Assembly: GCA_964356745.1 (NCBI GenBank)
Contig: CAYHIW010000001.1
Coordinates: 8,966 to 72,965 of the forward strand
DNA from: an uncultured Gammaproteobacteria bacterium
GTDB lineage: Bacteria; Patescibacteriota; Microgenomatia; UBA1406; GWC2-37-13
Direction of reading: 5' to 3'
Length of the DNA stretch: 64,000 nucleotides
A program made the translations under genes and the position numbers. This document shows positions 55,941-64,000 of this stretch, one piece after another. Every line of letters starts with the position of its first letter. The stretch's first letter is position 1. A model generated the notes under the pieces. The model saw nothing but the letters and a program-made list of their open reading frames with translations. It searched no databases and had not been told where the DNA came from.

Positions 55941-56432
55941 ATGATAATAACTCTAACTTCGGGGGCAGGTTACGGACGTACTCCCCTTTCAGCCTTTGAC
56001 GCAGCTCTTCATGATGCAGGAATTTATAATTACAACCTCCTCATATTATCCTCTGTCATTCCAACAGGTGCAGTTGTCAAAAAGGGCATCTTTGAGACGA
56101 AAGAAAATGAACACGGCCACCGTTTGTACGTTGTTAGAGCCGAGATTAGAAGTCGTGAATCGGGCAAATGGATTGGTGCTGCTCTAGGATGGTATCAACT
56201 TGAAGATGGACGTGGAGTATTTGTAGAACACGAAGAAATTGGAGAAACACCCGATGCGGTAAAAGGAAATCTTGCCGCAGAAGTTCGCAAGTCGCTTATC
56301 GATCTGTGTCGAGCACGTAAGTACCCCATTATCGAAAGCCGTCTTCAAATGAAAATTAAAACCGCAAAAGTAACCGACTCTGCAGCTTGCGTCTTGGTCG
56401 TTGGCGTATATAAGGCTGAGGGATGGGAATAA
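55941..56432 (+). CDS. pdaD: pyruvoyl-dependent arginine decarboxylase
   Basis: SGAGYGRTPLSAFDAAL..YNLLILSSVIP (Ser-Ser self-cleavage site). Confidence 0.85.
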   Translation: MIITLTSGAGYGRTPLSAFDAALHDAGIYNYNLLILSSVIPTGAVVKKGIFETKENEHGHRLYVVRAEIRSRESGKWIGAALGWYQLEDGRGVFVEHEEIGETPDAVKGNLAAEVRKSLIDLCRARKYPIIESRLQMKIKTAKVTDSAACVLVVGVYKAEGWE

Positions 56433-56433
56433 A

Positions 56434-57345
56434 CTATTTTTTGGGAAAAACTTTGTATTTTTTAAGATAATGAACTGGTCCCCACGATTGTTTCGCCTTC
56501 CTCAAACCTTCAATTCCCAAATCTTGCTCGTAATTAATGTGTGATCGCCCTAGTTTTTTAAAATATTCCGCAGACTTTTGCTTAAGAAAAGGAAATATTC
56601 CCTCATAGGTAACGTCAGCTTTTTCAAAATGAATAATGCCATGGTTGTCATGTATCGCTTCGTTGATTGAGAATCCTACAAGCTTCCCATCAATATAAAG
56701 ACCCAAACAAAACAGTTCAAAATGTTCTGCTGATCTTAACAATCTTTGAACTGCCATAAGTTCTGTATTAGTATCAGCCCTATCTCTTCCCTGACTTTTT
56801 TCCCACTCAATAAATACACCAACGATTTCTTCATGAGTTTTGGTATCTTTCAAATCTATTTCTTTAACGATGTGTTTTGGATGTTTACGTAAAAAACGCG
56901 CCACAAAATTCTTTTTACCACGGTATTTTTTTCCTTGCAATGCGTGCACTCGATCTGTTGCAAGAATATAATCGTGACCATCTACATCTTCTTGAATGTG
57001 AAAATCGTTGAACAGCGTCTTTTCTGCTTGAGTAACAATTTCCGGTATAAGCTGTAGAGTTGGTTCGATGCCAATGTCTTTTGCATGTTGATGAAGCTTG
57101 TGAATTGAATTTTTTATCTCGTTTTTACCAAGAAGCGTCAAGAAAGGAAGACCCGTCATATAATCGTGAAACTTAAGAACGAGATTGTCGTTGAGAAATG
57201 TCCATTCTGCTTGATCATTAACGTTATAACTCCACATACTGACAAAGTTATAGTCTGAATAAGGAGGGAATTGAGACACAAAATCTCCAATAATATGCTT
57301 GTCATCAATCGCAAGTTTTTTAAAATGGGGGAATTGTGGAGTCAT
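56434..57345 (-). CDS. DUF2156-like (lysyl-PG synthase C-domain-like, GNAT fold) protein
   Basis: YSDYNFVSMWSY N-terminal motif. Tentative. Confidence 0.5.
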   Translation of the reverse strand: MTPQFPHFKKLAIDDKHIIGDFVSQFPPYSDYNFVSMWSYNVNDQAEWTFLNDNLVLKFHDYMTGLPFLTLLGKNEIKNSIHKLHQHAKDIGIEPTLQLIPEIVTQAEKTLFNDFHIQEDVDGHDYILATDRVHALQGKKYRGKKNFVARFLRKHPKHIVKEIDLKDTKTHEEIVGVFIEWEKSQGRDRADTNTELMAVQRLLRSAEHFELFCLGLYIDGKLVGFSINEAIHDNHGIIHFEKADVTYEGIFPFLKQKSAEYFKKLGRSHINYEQDLGIEGLRKAKQSWGPVHYLKKYKVFPKK

Positions 57346-58239
57346 TTAAATTAACAAAGAGAGACCAATAAATAAACCGATTGCCGAGAGGATTTTTTTA
57401 ACAAAATCTTTTCTTTGTATTTTTTCATGAAAATATTTTGGAAAGACTATAGTAAGAATTCCTCCATATATAATTCCGAAAAAGGCCTGTGTATTTCCCA
57501 CTACGCTCACGAGCGCAACCGGCCCTGTCGCAAAAGCTAAAAACTGAAGAGCCTTTGATAATATAAACATCCCTTCATTCAAAAATACCATTGTTAAAAC
57601 GTTGACTCCTGCAGTTCTTAAGCCCCTATGAAACGACTGACGTACGGGTTTTATCACATATAATAATGCTCCACCAATTCCAACTCCCCAACTTTCATAA
57701 CTTAAGATTTTGGTAAACGAATTTGCGTCAATAGCGAACTTAACGAGTAACACTGAGATCGCCCAAAATATATTGGACACAATCATTAGCCAAAATCCAG
57801 CTGAAAAACTGAATTTTTTTTTCGTTTTTTTATATGAAATCGGGAGTAATGATACAAAAATAATAATAAATCCTATGAGTTGCTTTATCGATATCGTTTC
57901 TTTTAAGAAAAAAAATGCTGAGACAATAACAAATATCGGCATCGTCTGCATGAGAATATTTACATAACTTGCCTCTTCAAGAGAAATTGCTTTAAAGTAT
58001 GTGTACGCAGCCCAAATAGTAAAAACACCACTTAAAAGTAACAATATTGCATCTCGAAAACTGAGTACGGGAAACCCAAAAACTACCCAGAATGTCGTTC
58101 CTGCAATAACACCAGCTATTGTTGTATATATTGGCATGCCACGATAATCTTTGAGTTTGTTAGAAACAATATGTTTATCAACAAATACAACGACCGCATA
58201 ACCTATTGCAGAAAGTAGGGCTGATAAAAACCAATGCAT
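57346..58239 (-). CDS. EamA/DMT family transporter
   Basis: 10 TM helices in two 5-TM halves. Confidence 0.8.
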   Translation of the reverse strand: MHWFLSALLSAIGYAVVVFVDKHIVSNKLKDYRGMPIYTTIAGVIAGTTFWVVFGFPVLSFRDAILLLLSGVFTIWAAYTYFKAISLEEASYVNILMQTMPIFVIVSAFFFLKETISIKQLIGFIIIFVSLLPISYKKTKKKFSFSAGFWLMIVSNIFWAISVLLVKFAIDANSFTKILSYESWGVGIGGALLYVIKPVRQSFHRGLRTAGVNVLTMVFLNEGMFILSKALQFLAFATGPVALVSVVGNTQAFFGIIYGGILTIVFPKYFHEKIQRKDFVKKILSAIGLFIGLSLLI

Positions 58240-58266
58240 TCTGCATTATATAAAACATTTGGTAGC

Positions 58267-58295
58267 TTGACATTCAATAGCGGCATTAGTAATCT
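58267..58295 (+). promoter_or_regulatory. promoter TTGACA-17-TAATCT, 6 nt before ATG 58302 (leaderless)
   Basis: Read directly. Confidence 0.5.
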
Positions 58296-58301
58296 GGTAA
58301 C

Positions 58302-59108
58302 ATGGATCAACATCAGGCTCCCTCACACTTGGAAAGAAAAATTGCCTACATTTTTTTTATTTTTATTTCCGGTTGGTGGCTGTATCTTTTTTTTAATCAC
58401 ATAACAAACTCTACTCCTGCATATTTGTTTGCCGCAACATACGGAATCATGGCCTTGCTTGGAGGAATTTGGGGGCTTGAGATTTCTCGCAAATGGGGTG
58501 GAACAAAAAGCGTCATGGGAAAAGCCATCACTTCAATGGCGTTTGGTCTATTGGCTGCAGAGTTTGGCCAAATTGTTTTCAGCTTCTACAATATATTTCA
58601 AAATAACCAGGTTCCCTACCCATCACTTGCCGATATTGGATTTTTTGCAAATATTCCACTCTACTCAATTGGAATTCTCTATTTAGCGCGCGCTTCAGGA
58701 GTCCGATTTACCGCACAAAAACTTTCTCACAAAATTCAGATCGTGCTTCTTCCTATTGCTATGCTCTACCTATCTTATTACATGTTTCTTCAAAAATATG
58801 AATTTGACTGGGGTCAACCTTTGAAAATTTTTCTTGACTTTGGCTATCCTTTTGGACAAGCAATATATGTTTCTTTAGCTCTTTTAACCTATACGCTTTC
58901 AAAAAGCGTACTCGGCGGTATTATGAAAAAAAAGATTTTATTTATCCTTTTTGCATTTCTTATGCAGTATGTCGCAGACTATAATTTTTTATTTCAAAGC
59001 AGTAGAGGTACATGGGCAAATGGTGGATACGGAGACTTTCTCTACTTTCTCGCTTACTTTCTCATGACGCTTGGACTTTTGAACTTACAAAACATTCAAC
59101 AATCATAA
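58302..59108 (+). CDS. polytopic membrane protein, unknown function
   Basis: 268-aa ORF with about 7 TM helices. Confidence 0.7.
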   Translation: MDQHQAPSHLERKIAYIFFIFISGWWLYLFFNHITNSTPAYLFAATYGIMALLGGIWGLEISRKWGGTKSVMGKAITSMAFGLLAAEFGQIVFSFYNIFQNNQVPYPSLADIGFFANIPLYSIGILYLARASGVRFTAQKLSHKIQIVLLPIAMLYLSYYMFLQKYEFDWGQPLKIFLDFGYPFGQAIYVSLALLTYTLSKSVLGGIMKKKILFILFAFLMQYVADYNFLFQSSRGTWANGGYGDFLYFLAYFLMTLGLLNLQNIQQS

Positions 59109-59113
59109 TCTCT

Positions 59114-59392
59114 ATGGATCCGTTTGCAACGCTGACTATAAAAATCATTAAAGAGCAGGAAAATATCATCGGTCCTATTGCTTTGGAACAAGCCAAAAAA
59201 GTGTCTGGACTTACTCTTGATTGGGGAGGACAAAAAGTGTCGTTTAGCGGGGACAAGACGGATATCGTCAATAACCTTGTCAAACAATACGAACATCTTT
59301 TCGGTAAGGCATCTATTGAAGTTTGCAAAGATGCGGTTAGATCGCTCCTCTCTAAAATTCCTCCAGAAAAAGTACCGTATTTACTTCGCTAA
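59114..59392 (+). CDS. hypothetical soluble protein (92 aa)
   Basis: ATG at 59114, 5 nt after the previous stop. Confidence 0.55.
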   Translation: MDPFATLTIKIIKEQENIIGPIALEQAKKVSGLTLDWGGQKVSFSGDKTDIVNNLVKQYEHLFGKASIEVCKDAVRSLLSKIPPEKVPYLLR

Positions 59393-59416
59393 CAGATATT
59401 CCTATAATGAAATATC

Positions 59417-60895
59417 ATGTCTGATTCTTACACTTCTATTGCTCATCTCCTAAGTACGAACGACGACAATCTTTCAGAACAACTCACTCACGTAAATCGA
59501 GAGATGTATAAAAAAAATCTTGAGCTCACCGATCGAAATAAAGTACTCTCTGTACTGCGAAAGATTGATGAAACAATTCTAAATTCGGTTACTGATCTTG
59601 AAGAAATCTCACGAAGAATAGCAAATATCGTGATCGAAGATATTGGTTTTAAAAGCGTATTTATATTTCGCGTACTTAAAGAGCAGGGAGCGGTTGTCCC
59701 CCTTACCATCTCTACCACGAAAGAAGTGTTGAATCTTGAAATTGATCTTGAAAAGGCTCTTCACTCTTTAAAGTTTACTCTTGAAGAAAAAGACAATATC
59801 GTCATTCAAACAATTCAAGAGAAAAAAATGCACCTAACCAATACTCTTTTTGCGATTACCAAGGGACATTTTTCGCAAGATGCAGCTCGAAATATTCAAC
59901 AGGCTCTCAGCGTAACTTCTTTACTCGTTTATCCACTTGTGGTTCGGTCAGAAGTTATTGGCTCAATGGTTATTGGACTTGATGATGGAAAAAAACCCAT
60001 GTCGCAATATGAAAAATGGAAGGACTTTGTTGATCGCCTCCCTGACGTTGTTGCAATCGCCGTAAACAACGCCCTTCTCTATCAAGAAATTCAAGAAGCC
60101 AACAACAAACTCAAAGAATTAGATGCCTTAAAAGATGAGTTCGTCTCGGTTGCCTCCCACGAACTGCGCACTCCAATGACAGCGATCAAATCATATCTTT
60201 GGATGGCACTTGCCGGTAAGGGAGGAGTCATCAGCGAGAAGCTTCGGCTGTATCTTGATCGTGCATATAACTCAACGGATCGATTAATAAAACTCGTAAA
60301 CGACATGTTAAACATCTCTCGCATCGAATCTGGTCGCATGTCATTTCATTTTGCAGAATCAAATATTATTGAGATGGTTAATCAAATGGTCGATGAAGTT
60401 AAACCTCGCGCTGACGAACTCGGACTAACTATTATTGTGGAGAAGGCAAATACCATTCTTCCCACCGTACTAGCCGATAAAGATAAAATGAGTGAGGTTC
60501 TCATTAATCTCGTTGGTAACTCTCTTAAATTCACTCCAAAAGGAGGGACGATCAAGATTACGTTTGAGCTTAATGACGAAACCGTCGTTGTACACATAGC
60601 GGATAATGGGGCGGGTGTGACCCCCAACGACCTCCCTCGTCTATTTACTAAATTTGGTCTTATGGAACATTCGTATGTACACAACAAGACATCGCAAGGT
60701 ACTGGACTTGGTCTTTATATCTGTAAAAACATAATCGATCTTCACAAAGGAAAGATATGGGCATACTCAGAAGGAGCAAACAAAGGAGCTGTCTTTAGCT
60801 TTACATTAAATAAATTTAATCAAAAACAACTCGAAGAGATGAATGTAAAATTAAAAGGCAAGGAGGGTATCGACATTATTCACTCTCAGTTATGA
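59417..60895 (+). CDS. cytoplasmic GAF-domain sensor histidine kinase
   Basis: SHELRTPMTAI H-box, N/G1/G2 boxes (NLVGNSLKF, DNGAG, GTGLGL). No TM helix. Confidence 0.9.
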   Translation: MSDSYTSIAHLLSTNDDNLSEQLTHVNREMYKKNLELTDRNKVLSVLRKIDETILNSVTDLEEISRRIANIVIEDIGFKSVFIFRVLKEQGAVVPLTISTTKEVLNLEIDLEKALHSLKFTLEEKDNIVIQTIQEKKMHLTNTLFAITKGHFSQDAARNIQQALSVTSLLVYPLVVRSEVIGSMVIGLDDGKKPMSQYEKWKDFVDRLPDVVAIAVNNALLYQEIQEANNKLKELDALKDEFVSVASHELRTPMTAIKSYLWMALAGKGGVISEKLRLYLDRAYNSTDRLIKLVNDMLNISRIESGRMSFHFAESNIIEMVNQMVDEVKPRADELGLTIIVEKANTILPTVLADKDKMSEVLINLVGNSLKFTPKGGTIKITFELNDETVVVHIADNGAGVTPNDLPRLFTKFGLMEHSYVHNKTSQGTGLGLYICKNIIDLHKGKIWAYSEGANKGAVFSFTLNKFNQKQLEEMNVKLKGKEGIDIIHSQL

Positions 60896-61353
60896 AAAGA
60901 GGATTCAGTTTTCCAGAACTTCTTATGGTCATGGGTATTATTGCGATCTTAAGTACGTTTATGGTAACAAATCTCTTAAACACTCAAAGAAAAGTAAATA
61001 TAGACACGTCTGTATCGAAAATTGTTGGAGATTTTAAACATCAACAACTGAAATCGATGATGCGTGATACCGATGGTCAAACGACATCTGATTATTACGG
61101 AGTTTATTTTGAACCAACAAGATATACCTTATTTCGTGGATCTTCTTACAGCGCAGGAAACACTTCAAATTTTGTTGTAGACCTAGACGGTGCTCAACTT
61201 TCGTCAATTGGCCAAGTCGAAATTATATTTGCAAGTGGGAGTGGTGAGATAAATGGATTTGGAAATAACCAAAAAACAATAACGATTTTTCAAGGCACTG
61301 CTCAAAAAATAATCACCATTAACAAATTCGGAGTTGTCACTAATATTAATTAG
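60892..61353 (+). CDS. prepilin-type N-terminal domain protein (minor pilin, GspH/FimT-like)
   Basis: MKRG/FSFPELLMVMGIIAIL. ATGA overlap with the kinase. Confidence 0.8.
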   Translation: MKRGFSFPELLMVMGIIAILSTFMVTNLLNTQRKVNIDTSVSKIVGDFKHQQLKSMMRDTDGQTTSDYYGVYFEPTRYTLFRGSSYSAGNTSNFVVDLDGAQLSSIGQVEIIFASGSGEINGFGNNQKTITIFQGTAQKIITINKFGVVTNIN

Positions 61354-61354
61354 T

Positions 61355-63412
61355 ATGTTACAAGTTACACGTTACAAGTTACAAGAAGTTGGTCAATCGT
61401 TAACCGAGTTATTGGTCGCGATTGGTATTGCCGCCCTTCTTCTACCTGCGCTTCTGACTGGTTTCATCTCATCAAGAGAAGGTAAATCGCAACAATTACA
61501 GCGAATTAAAGCAGTTACACTCCTTCAGGAATCAGAACAAGCACTTCGTAGTATTCGCGATGCAGGTTGGGCAAACATTTCAACGAACGGCACCTACTAT
61601 CCACAAATAAGTGGAAGTTCGTGGACGCTTACCTCAGGGACTCAGTCTGTAAGCGGATTTACCCGAAGCATTCAGATCTCAGATGTTTACCGAGACACTA
61701 ACGGGGTAATCGTTACATCAGGCGGCACTCTTGATCCCTCAACAAAAAAAGCCATCATCACTGTTACATGGCCTACTCCAATCCCATCATCAACTCAGTC
61801 CACGGTATACGTAACTCGTTTTGAAAACTTAAGCTATACCGAAACAACACAGGCGCAGTTTAATGGTGGGACCATAAATAATGTCTCCGTTACCAACACT
61901 AACGGTGGCGAGATACAACTCTCAAACAATACTAAAGGTCAATGGTGTCAACCAAGTTTGTCAAGTGGAGTAATTGATCTTCCAACAGCTCCAAAGTCTG
62001 TATGGGCAGAACCAGGACACGTCTATGTCGGGTCGGGTACAACTCAACAATCATCCACCATCTCATTTACGCATATCGCAATAGCCAATACTGAACCTCC
62101 AACAGGTACGGTTCTCGGTACGTTTAAAGGTTATGCGACAAACGACGTCTGGGCAGACACAAATTATGGATATATCGCAACCACAAGTAATTCAAAAGAG
62201 GTTGTCGTTATTAATCTTAATCAATTTGCAGATCCTGTAAATAACATCTATGCCGAACAGGGATATTTTAACACCAATAATAGTAGCGATGATGCGCAAA
62301 GTATTTTTGTAATGCAGGGGCGAGGATATGTCGCGGCAGGTCGTTATTTATATGTATTTGATCTTAGTAGCGCAGCAGGCTCCAGACCTCAGATTGGAAC
62401 CCGCATTAGTTTTGCAAATTCCGGAGATTTTGCAGGAGAAATCTATGGCGTAACTTTGGGGGGAAGTAGGTATATTTTTGTTTCAATTGAAGGAAGCACT
62501 CCTGAAGAACTTAAAATTATTAATGTGACCAATCATAATGGTGGATCATCTCAGTGGGGAGTAGTTGGTCAAATTAATATCGAACCAAATAACTGTAGCA
62601 CGCTTGAATCTGGAAAGTCAGTGTACATAAAACCTGACGGAACACGCGCATATATATCTTCAACTAACGACCAGAGCTTTAAAGAATTTTTTGCGATTGA
62701 TACATCAAATAAATCCAATCCTACTCTCGTTGGTGGACTCGCATCCAATCCTCCTTGTACGAATGGTGGAGGATATGAAGCAAGCGGAATGGATCCTGAA
62801 CAGTCCGTTGTTGTTTCACTTGCAGAAAATAGAGTCGTCCTTGTTGGGGTAGATCCAACAAGCGGTGGAACAAACGCCGAAGAGTATCAAGTACTCGATC
62901 TTTCTAATGAGGGAGCTCCTGTTAAATGTAGTGGTCTTAATATTAATCAAGGTATTTTTGGTGTCTCTGCAGTTAAAGAAACCGATGGTGATGCGTATGC
63001 TTATTTAATTACGGGTGACTCATCAAATGACTTAAAAATTGTTCAAGGTGGACCTGACGGAACATATGTCGAAACCGGTACGTATGAATCGGCGACATTT
63101 GATCCGGGATACAATACCGCATTTAATCGTTACACTATTACGACAACTATTCCCGCACAAACCACACTTCAGTTTCAGTTTGCTTCGACAAATTCGGTTG
63201 GAGGAAGTTGCAGCGGAGTTTTGTTTAACTTCGTAGGTCCAGACGGTACTTCGTCAACCTACTATACCGCACAACAAGCACAGTTGTATCTAAGTAGTTT
63301 AGGTGGATATCTAAATCCAGGAAGATGTTTTCGCTATAAAGCGTTTTTCTCAACACTCGACCCCAATCAAACACCGGTGTTAAATGATATGAGTGTTAAC
63401 TATTCACCATGA
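61355..63412 (+). CDS. large prepilin-like protein with LVIVD-like beta-propeller (tip/adhesin candidate)
   Basis: Leader MLQVTRYKLQEVG/QSLTELLVAIGIAAL. Repeated ..GYxA..yLyVxDLS-type blades. ATG at 61355 preferred to TTG at 61334. Confidence 0.8.
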   Translation: MLQVTRYKLQEVGQSLTELLVAIGIAALLLPALLTGFISSREGKSQQLQRIKAVTLLQESEQALRSIRDAGWANISTNGTYYPQISGSSWTLTSGTQSVSGFTRSIQISDVYRDTNGVIVTSGGTLDPSTKKAIITVTWPTPIPSSTQSTVYVTRFENLSYTETTQAQFNGGTINNVSVTNTNGGEIQLSNNTKGQWCQPSLSSGVIDLPTAPKSVWAEPGHVYVGSGTTQQSSTISFTHIAIANTEPPTGTVLGTFKGYATNDVWADTNYGYIATTSNSKEVVVINLNQFADPVNNIYAEQGYFNTNNSSDDAQSIFVMQGRGYVAAGRYLYVFDLSSAAGSRPQIGTRISFANSGDFAGEIYGVTLGGSRYIFVSIEGSTPEELKIINVTNHNGGSSQWGVVGQINIEPNNCSTLESGKSVYIKPDGTRAYISSTNDQSFKEFFAIDTSNKSNPTLVGGLASNPPCTNGGGYEASGMDPEQSVVVSLAENRVVLVGVDPTSGGTNAEEYQVLDLSNEGAPVKCSGLNINQGIFGVSAVKETDGDAYAYLITGDSSNDLKIVQGGPDGTYVETGTYESATFDPGYNTAFNRYTITTTIPAQTTLQFQFASTNSVGGSCSGVLFNFVGPDGTSSTYYTAQQAQLYLSSLGGYLNPGRCFRYKAFFSTLDPNQTPVLNDMSVNYSP
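61357..61385. repeat. heptanucleotide tandem repeat (GTTACAA GTTACAC GTTACAA GTTACAA) starting inside the start codon
   Basis: Read directly. Confidence 0.9.
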
Positions 63413-63909
63413 AAAGAAAATCTTTTACTCTTGTAGAACTGCTCATTTACATGGGTCTTTTTACTATTCTTCTTATTGTATTAACCGATATTTTTTCGGG
63501 AATTTTTGATATCAGGCGAGAATCCGAATCTCTAACAAGCGTTGAGTTGGATGGTAACTACGTCACTGCAAAACTTCTCTACGATATCCCTCAAGCTCAA
63601 AGTTTTAGCACGCCTTCAACTGAGGGAGTTCAAACGACATCTCTTATTATGACGATTAACGGAGAAATACATACGTATGCTCTTAATAGTGGAGATCTTC
63701 AACTGACAAACAATAGCGGAACTTTTCAACTCAATAGCGAGGGAACAACCATCTCAAACCTTACCTTTCAAAAAATTGGGCCTGGCCCAGGCAAAGATAC
63801 ACTCGTCATAAACTATGACGTAACCAGTACGACAACCAGAAAAAGCGGTCCTGAGGTTAAAAATTATACAACCGCCATCAAACTTCGCTGTGAAACACTT
63901 ACCTGCTAA
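63409..63909 (+). CDS. prepilin-type N-terminal domain protein (minor pilin)
   Basis: MKRKSFTLVELLIYMGLFTILL. ATGA overlap with the previous gene. Confidence 0.75.
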   Translation: MKRKSFTLVELLIYMGLFTILLIVLTDIFSGIFDIRRESESLTSVELDGNYVTAKLLYDIPQAQSFSTPSTEGVQTTSLIMTINGEIHTYALNSGDLQLTNNSGTFQLNSEGTTISNLTFQKIGPGPGKDTLVINYDVTSTTTRKSGPEVKNYTTAIKLRCETLTC

Positions 63910-64000
63910 GCAAAGAGGTTACACGCTGGCGTTGTTGTTGGTTTTTATTGTTATTGGCATTGCCATAACCTCAACCGCAACATTACTTATTCTGTTGAAC
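63890..64000 (+). CDS. possible further pilin-like protein, 3' truncated by the window
   Basis: A GTG at 63890 opens KHLPAKQRGYTLALLLVFIVIGIAITS... to the window end. Confidence 0.35.
   Translation, partial: MKHLPAKQRGYTLALLLVFIVIGIAITSTATLLILLN

Noticed and set aside
1-64000. Alternative genetic code (for example UGA recoding as in some CPR lineages).
   Set aside because: TGA cleanly terminates well-supported genes (16481-16483, 43750-43752, 46847-46849, 60893-60895). Long conserved ORFs need no in-frame TGA. TAA, TAG and TGA all act as stops. Only one anomalous TAG, in gap, was seen.
1-64000. CRISPR arrays, transposases, integrases or prophage blocks.
   Set aside because: No regularly spaced 25-40 nt direct repeats were seen. 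No DDE/serine/tyrosine recombinase motifs appear in any ORF. The only repeats are short heptamer tracts and roughly 20-nt palindromes.

Overview
AT-rich (about 35-40% GC by eye), very compact bacterial chromosomal segment with more than 90% coding and many 1-30 nt gene overlaps. The content fits a small-genome Patescibacteria/CPR-like organism; that placement is inference. Supporting content includes TrbC/VirB2-like 'T4SS pilin' mini-proteins, DUF4012, an archaeal-type ATP-dependent DNA ligase, a pyruvoyl arginine decarboxylase, an unlinked 5S rRNA and many membrane-anchored ORFans.

Recognisable housekeeping genes:
- Membrane insertion and translation: jag-yidC-rpmH-valS, metG, gltX, trmD, yidD, era, rarA.
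- Central metabolism: gap-pgk, a LacD-like aldolase, a fused zwf-gnd ORF.
- Other: sodA plus a cupredoxin, mscL, a DEAD-box helicase, an RRM protein.
- RNA genes: tRNA-Gln(UUG), tRNA-Pro(UGG), one stand-alone 5S rRNA.

The right end carries a type IV pilus cluster: pilB, pilC, an orphan CheY, a GAF histidine kinase and 3-4 prepilin-like genes, one of them a 685-aa LVIVD-like propeller pilin. No transposase, integrase, CRISPR array or prophage was seen.

Most unusual observations:
1. Short heptanucleotide tandem repeats sit in frame inside unrelated, partly essential genes or at gene boundaries.
2. A GC-rich roughly 20-nt palindromic element recurs in frame in three unrelated genes.
3. gap carries a single in-frame TAG with intact downstream conservation and coupling to pgk.
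4. The linker of the G6PD-6PGDH fusion is one of the heptamer tracts.
5. A Fe/Mn SOD has a Cys-rich tail and sits next to a cupredoxin.
6. T4SS-pilin-like modules occur at two loci, one beside a 998-aa tail-anchored ORFan.
7. Extended -10 promoters recur 6-10 nt upstream of ATG, suggesting leaderless mRNAs. The 5S gene and a candidate hairpin sRNA have the same layout.

All family names come from motif recognition by eye, not from database searches.
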